Of a DNA stretch of 64,000 nucleotides, positions 8,161 to 17,340 are shown one piece after another. Source of the stretch: Dehalococcoidia bacterium (GTDB taxonomy: Bacteria; Chloroflexota; Dehalococcoidia; Lucifugimonadales; Lucifugimonadaceae); contig CBDDDP010000004.1 of assembly GCA_965226685.1 (NCBI GenBank), forward strand, positions 1,050,714 to 1,114,713, read 5' to 3'. A program made the translations under genes and the position numbers. Under the pieces are notes generated by a model. That model had not been told where the DNA came from, searched no databases, and saw only the letters and a program-made list of their open reading frames with translations. Position 1 is the stretch's first letter, and the number at the start of each line of letters is the position of its first letter.

Positions 8161-9480
8161 ATGTCTCTCCCTGTAATAGCCATAGTTGGGCGCCCCAATG
8201 TTGGGAAGTCGACGCTGTTCAACCGAATTGCGGGCCGCCGGATCGCGATCGTCAGCGACACGCCGGGGACGACCAGAGATCGCGTGTCGGTCGACACCGA
8301 TTGGTTCGGCCGGCGCTTCATGCTTATTGATACGGCGGGTATCGAGGATCAACCGTCGGCAGAGATACTGCTGTGGGACGAGGTCCGGGTTCAGACCGAG
8401 CGAGCGATTCATACAGCAGACGCGGTGATATTGCTGGTGGATTCTGCGGAGGGAGTTACGGCATCGGATTTTGATGCTGCGGATCTGCTCCGACGGGCGG
8501 AAAAGCCGTATGCTCTTGCGGCGAACAAGACGGACAACACCACTCGGATGGCGGAGTTGTACACGTTTGCGGCGCTAGGTATGGGGGAAGCGATACCGAT
8601 AAGCGCGTATCACGACATCGGGGTTACCGAGTTGATGGATACGGTTCTGGCGCACGTCGACGATCAGTTCGAGGATGATACACCGGACGACGTGGTCCGA
8701 GTTGCGATTGCGGGTCGGCCGAACGTTGGCAAATCGGCGATCTTCAATGCGTTGACGGGCGAGGAGCGTTCAATCGTGAGTCCGTTGCCGGGGACGACGC
8801 GGGACACGGTGGATGCGATATACGAGTACAAAGACAGCCAAATGATGTTCTTGGACACAGCGGGACTGCGGCGACGTGGCAAGGCTGAACAGGGCATCGA
8901 AAAGTTCAGTGCGATCCGGACGATAGGGGCGATTGAACGATCTGACGTGACGGTCTTAGTACTTGACGCGACCGAGTTTGTTACTGCACAGGACACGCAC
9001 ATTGGCGGTTTCGCTCAGGATGCGTACAAAGCGGGCGTGATAGTCGTCAACAAATGGGATCTGCGGCGACAACTGGATACGACGTTCGAAGAGGCGGTTG
9101 TTGATATTCGCGACCGTTTCAAGTTCATTCCGGACGCACCGATTCTGTTCACGTCGGCGTTGACCGGCCGCGGTATCAGGGCGATTCCGGACGCGGTTCG
9201 CCAAACATTTTCCCAATACATCAAACGGGTCGACGAGGGTGAGCTTTCCCGCACGCTTTACGCGGCGCTGGGCGATCGCCCGCTGCCTCCTAAGGGACGT
9301 CGTCGTTCACGGATATCGGGTATCGAGCAGGTTTCGGTACGCCCCCCGACATTCGTGATATCCTGCAAAAACCCTGAATTTTTGCACTTCTCGTATAAGC
9401 GGTTCTTGGAAAACAGGTTGCGCGACTCATTTGGATTCAAGGGTTCGCCCATCAGGATGTTTTACCGTGGCGGCAATTGA
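8161..9480 (+). CDS. der: ribosome-associated GTPase Der (EngA)
   Basis: 439 aa with two tandem GTPase domains (GRPNVGKSTLFN and GRPNVGKSAIFN; DTAG twice; NKTD/NKWD) and a C-terminal KH-like domain. Confidence 0.95.
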   Translation: MSLPVIAIVGRPNVGKSTLFNRIAGRRIAIVSDTPGTTRDRVSVDTDWFGRRFMLIDTAGIEDQPSAEILLWDEVRVQTERAIHTADAVILLVDSAEGVTASDFDAADLLRRAEKPYALAANKTDNTTRMAELYTFAALGMGEAIPISAYHDIGVTELMDTVLAHVDDQFEDDTPDDVVRVAIAGRPNVGKSAIFNALTGEERSIVSPLPGTTRDTVDAIYEYKDSQMMFLDTAGLRRRGKAEQGIEKFSAIRTIGAIERSDVTVLVLDATEFVTAQDTHIGGFAQDAYKAGVIVVNKWDLRRQLDTTFEEAVVDIRDRFKFIPDAPILFTSALTGRGIRAIPDAVRQTFSQYIKRVDEGELSRTLYAALGDRPLPPKGRRRSRISGIEQVSVRPPTFVISCKNPEFLHFSYKRFLENRLRDSFGFKGSPIRMFYRGGN

Positions 9481-9486
9481 GGTGAA

Positions 9487-10164
9487 ATGAACGAACTGTT
9501 GGCGTGGGTGCTTATTGCGCCTACAGCATACCTCATCGGATCGATACCGGTGGGCGTCATCGTTTGCCGCGTGTGGAGAGGCGTTGATCCGCGCGAGCAT
9601 GGCAGTGGGTCGATGGGGGCGACGAACGTCTTACGAACCGCTGGCAAGAAAGCGGCGGCCTTGGTTTTCGCACTGGATTTAGGGAAAGGCGCTTTGGTGA
9701 TCGCGCTGTCGTTGATCCTGGCGCCAGAATCCTTCCTGCTGCATGGGATTGCGGGGACATTTGTCATTTTGGGGCACACTTGGCCAGTGTTTGCGGGGTT
9801 CAAAGGTGGGAAAGGCATTTCGCCTGGTTGGGCTGCGCTGGTGGTGTTGTCGCCGACCGCAGGCGCCGTCACGTTGATTGGCGTGGCGATTGCGCTGCTG
9901 ACACGGTACGTTTCGCTCGGATCGATTGTTGGAGCGTCGTTAGGAATCTTGGCGTTGGTCGTCCTCGCGATCGTGGATATTCCAATAACTGACAGCTTCG
10001 TGTTGAAGGCACCAATCGAATACCTGGCCTTTGCAATCCCTGCGGTCGTCGTGATCCTGTTCAGCCATCGAGACAATATAGCCCGATTGCGCAAAGGGAC
10101 AGAGAACCGCCTTGACATAAACGCCGCGGAGGGGACAACGACCTCTGGCGGACACGGAGCCTGA
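9487..10164 (+). CDS. plsY: glycerol-3-phosphate acyltransferase PlsY
   Basis: 225 aa, polytopic, with SGSMGATNVLR and FAGFKGGKG motifs. SD GAGGTG lies upstream of the ATG. Confidence 0.9.
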   Translation: MNELLAWVLIAPTAYLIGSIPVGVIVCRVWRGVDPREHGSGSMGATNVLRTAGKKAAALVFALDLGKGALVIALSLILAPESFLLHGIAGTFVILGHTWPVFAGFKGGKGISPGWAALVVLSPTAGAVTLIGVAIALLTRYVSLGSIVGASLGILALVVLAIVDIPITDSFVLKAPIEYLAFAIPAVVVILFSHRDNIARLRKGTENRLDINAAEGTTTSGGHGA

Positions 10165-10168
10165 TCCG

Positions 10169-11188
10169 ATTTCCGCAATCGGGATCATAGGTGCTGGTTC
10201 ATGGGGCACGGCATTGGCTGTGCTTTTGGCGACTCAAGGAAACGAGACGCGGCTTCTCGCTCGGACTGCAGAGCGTGCTGCTCAGTTAGAGGTTGATCGC
10301 GAGAACAAACGTTATCTACAGGGGATGACGTTCCCTGATGCGATGTCGGTCCACCATGACCCTCGGCATGCATTATCGGGTGTTGATTGCGTGATCATTG
10401 CAGTTCCATCAGTTGCGATGCGGCAAGTCATCGAAGCTCATGTCGCGGAGATTGCTCCCGATACGATCGTGGTAAGTGCCACCAAGGGGCTTGAGATCGA
10501 GAGCGGGAAGCGGATGAGCGAGGTTATTGCCGAGAACATTTCGGTTTTCCATACGGTGTCGGTCGATGAAGCGATGGGAAATATCTGTGCGCTGTCGGGT
10601 CCCAATCTTTCGGTTGAGATAGCCATTGGATTGCCTGCACTTGCGACCGCGGCATCGACTTCGATCGAAACGGCAGAGCGGGTTCAGTTGATGACCAGTG
10701 GAGCCCGATTCCGCGTCTACGCTTCGGACGACATCATTGGCGTCGAGCTGGGTGGAACGCTGAAGAACATCATCGCTATCGGGGCAGGATTCATCGATGC
10801 ATCCGGCATGGGAGCAAACCTTAAAGCTGCGTACGTCACGCGCGGGTTGCACGAGATAACGCTGTTGGGATTGGCTCTCGGCGCAAAGCCGACTACATTT
10901 GCCGGCTTGAGTGGGATTGGCGACATGCTTGCGACCTGTTACAGCCCTTTGAGCAGGAACTATCGGCTGGGCACACGACTGGCGGAAGGGGATAGTGTCG
11001 AGGAAGCGTTAGAGTATCTCGGTCAAACTGCGGAGGGGGTGCCGACGACGCGGGCGGCGTTGCGGATCGCGCGGCAGTTGGGTGTTGAGATGCCGATCAC
11101 TGAGACGGCCCACAAGGTCATGTTTGAGGGAGTTCCGCCAACTGAAGCGATGGGGGAACTGATGCGGCGGGAGTTGCAGCGGGAGTAA
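10169..11188 (+). CDS. gpsA: NAD(P)H-dependent glycerol-3-phosphate dehydrogenase
   Basis: The ORF track starts at TTG 10214, but the same frame is open from 10121 and encodes ISAIGIIGAGSWGTALA (GxGxxG) at 10169-10213. The true start must therefore lie upstream and be non-canonical (ATT 10169, ATC 10178 or CTG 10145). The rest of the protein matches GpsA (GTLKNIIAIGAG, AEGVPTT). Confidence 0.85.
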   Translation: MSAIGIIGAGSWGTALAVLLATQGNETRLLARTAERAAQLEVDRENKRYLQGMTFPDAMSVHHDPRHALSGVDCVIIAVPSVAMRQVIEAHVAEIAPDTIVVSATKGLEIESGKRMSEVIAENISVFHTVSVDEAMGNICALSGPNLSVEIAIGLPALATAASTSIETAERVQLMTSGARFRVYASDDIIGVELGGTLKNIIAIGAGFIDASGMGANLKAAYVTRGLHEITLLGLALGAKPTTFAGLSGIGDMLATCYSPLSRNYRLGTRLAEGDSVEEALEYLGQTAEGVPTTRAALRIARQLGVEMPITETAHKVMFEGVPPTEAMGELMRRELQRE

Positions 11189-11196
11189 GCCGACCG

Positions 11197-12123
11197 CTAA
11201 TTTACCCTCAGCTGTCGCAGCCGCGGATCGAAGTAGTCTCGGAGCCAGTCGCCGAGGAAGTTGAATCCCATGACGACGAGGAATATGGCGATGCCGGGCA
11301 TGGTGCTGATCCACCAGGCGCGGGAGAGGTGTTGACGGCCGTCGGCGGCCATGATGCCCCAGGCGGGAGTGTCGGGTGGGACGCCGACGCCGAGGAAACT
11401 GAGGGTGGATTCGGTGAGGATGAGAGAGCCGACGCGGAGGCTGCCGATGACGAGGACGGTACCTACGACGCCGGGGAGGATATGGCGGAAGAGGATGCGC
11501 GATAGGGAGGCACCTTGGATGCGGGCGTAGCTCACGTAGTCGGATTCGCGCAGGGTTAGGGTTTCGGCGCGGACGACGCGGGCGAAGTTGTCCCATCCGA
11601 AGAGTATGAGCAGGACAATGATGAGTTCGAGGCTCTGTCCGAAGACAACGACGACGACGAGGGCGACGAGCAGGAATGGCATTGCGAGGGTGAAGTCAAC
11701 GGCTCGCATGGCGACTTGGTCTATCCATCCGCCGCGGAAGCCGGCCAATAGGCCGATGACGGTTCCGCCGATGCCACCAGCGAGAATAACCGCGATGGAG
11801 ATGATTGTTGAGACGCGGGCGCCATAGATTGCGCGGCTGAGGATGTCGCGGCCTTGGTGATCAGTCCCGAGCGGGTTTTCCCATGATCCGCCGTCCATGA
11901 ACACTGGCGGTGTAAATGCAGCTCTAAGGTTTCCCCTCAGGGGGTCATGTTGGGACAGTTGCTCGGCGAATAGCGCGCAGACGATCATCAGAACGAGGAC
12001 GGCGAAGGGAATGACGGGGTACCGTCGCGTCAATGACCAACCGACGCGCAACGCCCGCAATACCGGGTTGCTCGGAAGTGTGTCGTCGAGAGGCGACGGC
12101 ACGTATGTTGCTTCGATCGACAT
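11197..12123 (-). CDS. ABC transporter permease (DppC/OppC-like)
   Basis: 308 aa, 6-TM BPD-type permease with N-terminal OppC-like segment. EAA-like loop YARIQGASLSRILFRHILP. Confidence 0.9.
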   Translation of the reverse strand: MSIEATYVPSPLDDTLPSNPVLRALRVGWSLTRRYPVIPFAVLVLMIVCALFAEQLSQHDPLRGNLRAAFTPPVFMDGGSWENPLGTDHQGRDILSRAIYGARVSTIISIAVILAGGIGGTVIGLLAGFRGGWIDQVAMRAVDFTLAMPFLLVALVVVVVFGQSLELIIVLLILFGWDNFARVVRAETLTLRESDYVSYARIQGASLSRILFRHILPGVVGTVLVIGSLRVGSLILTESTLSFLGVGVPPDTPAWGIMAADGRQHLSRAWWISTMPGIAIFLVVMGFNFLGDWLRDYFDPRLRQLRVN

Positions 12124-12136
12124 CGAGGTTGTCCCG

Positions 12137-13054
12137 TTAATCCAAGCGGATCCTTGGGTCTAGTTGGGCGTAGAGCAGGTCGACGATGAGATTTAGCAGG
12201 ATGTAGAAGGATGAGAATAGGATGACTATGGCGCTGAGGACCGGGAAGTCGTTGTTCTTGATGGATTGGACGGCTAATCGTCCGACTCCTGGCCAGGCGA
12301 ATACTGTTTCGACAACCACGGTTCCGGTTAAGAATGCGGCGAAGATGAGGGCGGCAACGGTGAGTGGCGGGATTATGGCGTTGCGGAAACCGTGCAACCA
12401 AACGATCTTACCGCCGGAGACGCCTTTGGCTCTTGCGAGTTTGATGTACTCGCTGTCGAGGACGTTGAGCATGGCGCCGCGGGTTATGCGCATGAGGCCT
12501 GCAGCGGGAAGCCAACCCAGGGCTATCGATGGCATTATGAAGTGGTTCCAACCCTCGTTTCGACTCGATGGAAGCCATCCCAATGTTGCTGAGAACACGA
12601 GGATCATCATTATCCCGATCCAAAACACCGGCACTGATTGTCCGAGCAAGGCGAAACCGCGGACGCCGTAGTCGATTATGGATCCGCGTTGAACTGCAGA
12701 AATCACACCCAAAGGGATGCCGATGAGGATCGCGACGCCGAACGCGACGCCTCCCAACTGCAGTGTGTTGGGGACCCGTTCTTGAACTAGACGGAGGCTC
12801 GGCACGTTGTAGTAGAGGGATTCGCCGAAATCGCCTTGGAGGGTATCCCAGAGCCACACTCCGTATTGGATGTAGAGCGGTTTGTCGAGTCCCATGCGCT
12901 CGCCCCAAGCATCCCAAGCTTCAGGTGTGGCGTATTCATCGAGATAGATGTTGCGAGGATCGCCGGCGGCGCGGGACAGACCGAACACGACGATCGTAAT
13001 CAGCAACACGATCGCTACCCCAAAGGCTAGACGGTTAACGATTATTCGCCACAT
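12137..13054 (-). CDS. ABC transporter permease (DppB/OppB-like)
   Basis: 305 aa. MWRIIVNRLAFGVAIVLLITIVVF start and EYIKLARAKGVSGGKIVWLHGFRNA EAA loop typical of DppB/OppB. Confidence 0.9.
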   Translation of the reverse strand: MWRIIVNRLAFGVAIVLLITIVVFGLSRAAGDPRNIYLDEYATPEAWDAWGERMGLDKPLYIQYGVWLWDTLQGDFGESLYYNVPSLRLVQERVPNTLQLGGVAFGVAILIGIPLGVISAVQRGSIIDYGVRGFALLGQSVPVFWIGIMMILVFSATLGWLPSSRNEGWNHFIMPSIALGWLPAAGLMRITRGAMLNVLDSEYIKLARAKGVSGGKIVWLHGFRNAIIPPLTVAALIFAAFLTGTVVVETVFAWPGVGRLAVQSIKNNDFPVLSAIVILFSSFYILLNLIVDLLYAQLDPRIRLD

Positions 13055-13104
13055 TGTCTTTGTTCAACAGTAGGTGAGACTGCTGGAATCCTCTTTTCGA
13101 CGTG

Positions 13105-13186
13105 CGGTGGCCACCCGTTTTCTGTGACAGAATCCCGATTAGGAATGGCCACCGCATGTCGGCCGGCGAATTAGCCAGCCGACATC
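13105..13186 (-). promoter_or_regulatory. two strong stem-loops in the SBP-permease spacer
   Basis: Stem 1 is GCGGTGGCCA (13105-13114) / TGGCCACCGC (13147-13156), 10 bp perfect. Stem 2 is ATGTCGGC (13157-13164) / GCCGACAT (13179-13186), 8 bp perfect. Neither is followed by a U-tract on the transcribed (minus) strand. Confidence 0.5.
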
Positions 13187-13199
13187 GATTTTCTCGCCT

Positions 13200-15119
13200 C
13201 TATCTGAGAACGATCGTCTCTGGGGAGTTGAATCCGCCGAATGTTTCGGTGTACGGCATCCATTCAACGATGTCGGGCGAGACTGCGTACAGCTGGCTTT
13301 GTCGCACCATCGACATCACCAACGAAGTCTCGGCGAGCCAGTCGGTGAGGAGGATGTTGTTCTCTATGCGTTTCTGCGCGTCGGTTTCAATCAAGTTCGC
13401 CCAATATGTACGCTCGAGTAGGGCATTGGGCAGTTCGACGCCGCGGTTGGCGCCACCTTTAGCCGCGGTCATCAATCGACCCTTTGGTTCGTCGAAGTAT
13501 CCCAAGTTCATGTGGTGGTACAGCGGTATGTCGATGGTTCGCCCGATAAGCTTCGGTCGATTTCCGGCGTATGCGGTCGCATCGATTTCGACGTTCAGAT
13601 TCAAGTTGGCGGCCCATTGCAACACCGCAGCTTCCGCGATGTCGAATGGAAGCGAACTGGAGTCTGGGGTCAACCACACCGGAATGCGGAAGCCTTCTGG
13701 GACGCCAGCCTCGGCCATCAAAGCTCGGGCACCTTCTGGATCGAACGGAACTTCCCACTCGGGCTTCCAGAGGGGGTCGTTGCTGGTGAAACCGGTGAAT
13801 GTGAAGTGGGGTGGGTAGAGACCTTGTCCAATCACTTCGTTGATCGCAACGCGGTCGACGGCCATGCTCAATGCGCGGCGGAACTTGTTGCCGCGTTCCA
13901 TTGACGCTGGGTCGTTAGGGTCGCTAATCCAAGGGTGTTCGGCGTCGGGTTTCCAGCCCCCCCGCGGAAACTCTGTTGAAGGATCTACCGGATCTGACGT
14001 CTGCCAGAAGTTACCGCCCATGTAGATGTGCAGTGTCTGACCTTCACCGAGTGGTTGGACGCGTGATCCGTCAACCTGCTGGGTGGCCTCAAGCACGAAT
14101 TGTGCTGACATGACGGAGATGTGGACCTCGTCGTTGACGAATGCCGCAACTCGTGTCGCAGGCTCGGGGATGGCAACCATCCGAATTGCTTCGATCGACG
14201 GGATTTTTCGATAGTGCTCAGTGACAGCTTTGAACTCGATGAAGTTATCGGCTTCGCCTTCGATCATCTCGAACGGACCTTGTCCGATCTTTCTGCCGCC
14301 GGTCCCTGATCCAAGTTCATCGATGGCTTTCTTTGATGTCGCGGTCAAAGTGTTGCGCCAGACGTTAGAAGTCTCGAGTAACCATACTGGACTAAGGGTC
14401 GCGCCTTCTTTGACGTGCATGATGACCGTGTTATCGTCAACAGCTTCCCATGAGCCTTGGTATTCGCCTACGAAACCCGAGCGTGAGTTTGTGTTGCCTT
14501 CACGTAGGGCGTCGTTGAACGACCAAGCGACGTCTTCGGCGGTCAACTCACCCCAACCGTGATGGAATTGGACGCCATCGCGGATGTTGAAGATGATTGA
14601 CCTCCCATCTTCGGCTACCTTCCAACCATTGGCGATGCTGATCGCAGGGTTGAAAACTCCGCGTTGCGGTATCGGCGCTGGGTCGGCGAAGATTATCGCG
14701 TCTGCAACACCAATGTTGTCGCTCGTGTAGTCGTCATACGGCGAACTTGTGAACCAACCGGCTCCGATGTCGGGCGATACGACAACCAACTTGCCTGATT
14801 GCGCAGTCGGCGCTTCGACGACTGCTGTGGCCGCGGCTAATGTTTCGGCACCGGCTCCCGCGCCGTAGGCTTCGGCTGTCGCGGTTACGACGACTTCGAC
14901 CTCGACCTCGCGGATGACCTCGACCGCGACTTCGACTTGCTTCTCGACTTCGACGGTGACCTCGACTTCTTTGATCACCTCTTTCTCGACTTCGCGAATG
15001 ACTTCGACTTCGCGCGTGACCTCTACGACGGTCTCGCTGCCGCAGGCGAACACGATGGCGGAGAGCACTAGGGCTATCGCCATCGCCGCGCCTGATTTTG
15101 ATAACCAGATTCTTCGCAT
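13200..15119 (-). CDS. ABC transporter substrate-binding lipoprotein, family 5 (peptide/nickel type)
   Basis: 639 aa. Signal peptide with lipobox-like VFAC, a Glu/Val repeat linker, then an SBP_bac_5-like body. SD GGAGGAAACG lies upstream. Confidence 0.9.
   Translation of the reverse strand: MRRIWLSKSGAAMAIALVLSAIVFACGSETVVEVTREVEVIREVEKEVIKEVEVTVEVEKQVEVAVEVIREVEVEVVVTATAEAYGAGAGAETLAAATAVVEAPTAQSGKLVVVSPDIGAGWFTSSPYDDYTSDNIGVADAIIFADPAPIPQRGVFNPAISIANGWKVAEDGRSIIFNIRDGVQFHHGWGELTAEDVAWSFNDALREGNTNSRSGFVGEYQGSWEAVDDNTVIMHVKEGATLSPVWLLETSNVWRNTLTATSKKAIDELGSGTGGRKIGQGPFEMIEGEADNFIEFKAVTEHYRKIPSIEAIRMVAIPEPATRVAAFVNDEVHISVMSAQFVLEATQQVDGSRVQPLGEGQTLHIYMGGNFWQTSDPVDPSTEFPRGGWKPDAEHPWISDPNDPASMERGNKFRRALSMAVDRVAINEVIGQGLYPPHFTFTGFTSNDPLWKPEWEVPFDPEGARALMAEAGVPEGFRIPVWLTPDSSSLPFDIAEAAVLQWAANLNLNVEIDATAYAGNRPKLIGRTIDIPLYHHMNLGYFDEPKGRLMTAAKGGANRGVELPNALLERTYWANLIETDAQKRIENNILLTDWLAETSLVMSMVRQSQLYAVSPDIVEWMPYTETFGGFNSPETIVLR
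14886..15032 (-). repeat. in-frame Glu/Val low-complexity repeat (linker of the SBP)
   Basis: Encodes VVEVTREVEVIREVEKEVIKEVEVTVEVEKQVEVAVEVIREVEVEVVV. The DNA is built from reiterated cgacttcgac/cgacctcgac units. Confidence 0.85.
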
Positions 15120-15208
15120 TACGTTTCCTCCTCGGATCGTTTCTGCTTTTGTGGGTAAGTTCGTTTTTGTTTCGGATTTATTGTGATGTTCTGAAACAGG
15201 TTAACTCA

Positions 15209-17204
15209 TTATTGTTTGAGGTACCAGTCTGGGTCTTCCAGAGCCTCGTAGCCGATACCGCCTTCTACGTTTTTGGGCATTGGCCAACCCAGTAAATGAC
15301 ATAGCGTTGGCGCGACATCGACGACTTGGACTTTGCGTTCGAGTTCGACGCCTTGGCGAACGCCGGCACCTGCGAGGACGAATGTGGAGTGTTGGCTGCC
15401 GATGCCGAAGACGGACGATGGGAGGTGTTTGCCGTGCACGCCGTCGAATTCGGGCCGCATGGCGTAGATCACGTCACCGGCGGATGTTCCCCAGATGTTT
15501 AGCATCTCCGCGTCTTGACGGCTTACCACTACGGAAAATGGGTGTTCGCCCGTCTCGGGATCGGTGTAAGACATTAGCGTGTCAATGATCTTGCGTTGGA
15601 CTTTTTCGTAGTCTTCGGGTTCAACATGTCCTTCGGGGTCGCGGCCTTTGACAGGGATGAAGATGTCGATAGAATTCATCGGTATGGCGACGCTCTTCTC
15701 GAAATCGACGTCAAATTTGTTCTGCATCATGACGTCCCATGAGACGCGGTCGGGGACTTCGCCAGGGCCGAATGGGCCGGTGCGCGCGGCGTCTTGGTTG
15801 GACGGAGTGTCTGTGAAAACGAGTAGTCCGGCGTCGACCAGGATGTCCTTGATGTCGGGCGGTTCGCTACGGTTTGGCGTTGCGCCATGGTCGGAGACGA
15901 CGCAGATTACGGTGTCTTCATCGGCTAGTGCCATGAGTCTGCCGATCATTTTGTCGGTCGACTCATACGTGTCCTTCAAACCGTTGAGGCATCGTTCTAC
16001 GACATCCGGTGGTGCGCCGCTGATGGGATCGGCGGAACCCATGAAGAAGTGATCGGAGTAGTCGGTGGCGTGGGTTTCCGCCATTAGGATGTCCCAATCG
16101 TGGTCGCGAGTGAGCATCTCGGCGATATCGGCGATGCGGCCATGATGGAAGTCGCAGAGTTCGATGTAGGTCCGGTCGTCGACGAAGCCGAGTGCGTCGC
16201 GAGCTGGGTTCTGGAGGAAGTTGCCGACCTTTTCGTCGATCTCGTCAGAGACTGAGGGCGGGTTGGAGTAGCCGCGTCGCGGCCAGATCTGCGGGAAGAA
16301 GAGTTCAAAGTTGTCGGCGTTCGCAGAGAGGGTGATGAGCTTGCAGGAGACGTAGCCCTCTACGTCATCACCGTCGATCTCGAATGATTTGAGTTGCCAA
16401 TCAGACCACTCGCCAACACCGAGATCGGCGAATGCGTCGTTGCCGTCTTTGTTCGTGGCAACCAAAACACCGTCGTATCCGTCATCGCCGGATGCATAGA
16501 CGAGGACGTTCCAATCCTGCGGTGTTCCTTCGTGCCCCCGGTGTAAGATCGTCCGGCCGCGTTTGAGCGGTGTCAGGGTGACTACCGTCTCAAGCGGGTC
16601 CAATGTTGAAGGCGGGAGGTTGTTCCACCCTGCGGCGGGTTGCAGTTCAACGTAGTCGTATGGTGCGTCGGTGCCGCCGCGGCTGGGATCGGTTGCTTCG
16701 GGGTCGATGGTGCCGCCAACGGGGCGGGGTCGCCAATTGCCGGATACGAAGGGGTGGTAGCCAGCGATCTGGTGATAGTTGGATACAGCCGGGCCCGGAG
16801 CCTTCGATCTGCATTCCGCGTTCCAGCGTGGCGGGCCAAGTGATCTCCTGTTTGATCATGATCGGAGTCTTGCCGGCGCGCTCGGCGGTAGTCCATATCT
16901 GTTCGGACTCTGAGGTGTGGGCCGCCATTGTCCACTGCGCCGTCTTCATCGACTCGCCATCGCGATGCGATCCCCACCACATGATCCCGTGCGTGCCCTG
17001 CCAACTGCCGCTGAAAAGAGATGTCCATCCGCAAGGGGTGAGCGTCGGATGCGTCCCGAGCATCGGTCGGGAGACGCCGTTGGCCAACAGTTTGGCCATG
17101 TTTGGAGCCCTTCCCCACGCCGCCATTCGTCGCCACAGTTCCATGCTTGCGCCATCGGTGCCAATCAAGATGGCTTTTTTGGCGGGCCCCGGACGAAGGT
17201 TCAT
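15209..17204 (-). pseudogene. type I phosphodiesterase/nucleotide pyrophosphatase (alkaline-phosphatase superfamily) gene split by a 1-nt frameshift
   Basis: ORF 16647-17204 carries the N-terminal half (ILIGTDGASM..., GTHPTLTPCGWTSLFSGSWQGTHG) and then decays into Arg/Pro junk. ORF 15209-16603 carries the C-terminal half (ETHATDYSDHFF, VVSDHGATP). Its frame stays protein-like upstream to about 16800 (APGPAVSNYHQIAGYHPFVSGNW...). The two frames differ by 1 nt, and the switch lies near CCGGGCCCGG (16789-16798). Confidence 0.7.
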
Positions 17205-17340
17205 TGAGTTGGTTCCTTAACGAATGCGCCTGACTCCAATGCCGTGGCGCGGATGCATACTAGCACGATTCGCCGGTTGACGCACAGGCGGAATTGGATT
17301 CATCTATCGTCAGAGCGCTTTGCCGACGATAGTCACCGAT

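Noticed and set aside
16785-16815. Programmed ribosomal frameshift as the explanation for the split phosphodiesterase gene
   Set aside because: There is no slippery heptamer (X XXY YYZ) or obvious downstream pseudoknot at the junction. A simple indel in the CCGGGCCCGG run is more parsimonious.
16582-17220. ORFs 16582-17136 (-) and 16603-17220 (+) over the phosphodiesterase N-terminal half
   Set aside because: They are alternative or antisense frames of the region that clearly encodes the GTDG...HPTLTPCGW alkaline-phosphatase-superfamily N-terminus.
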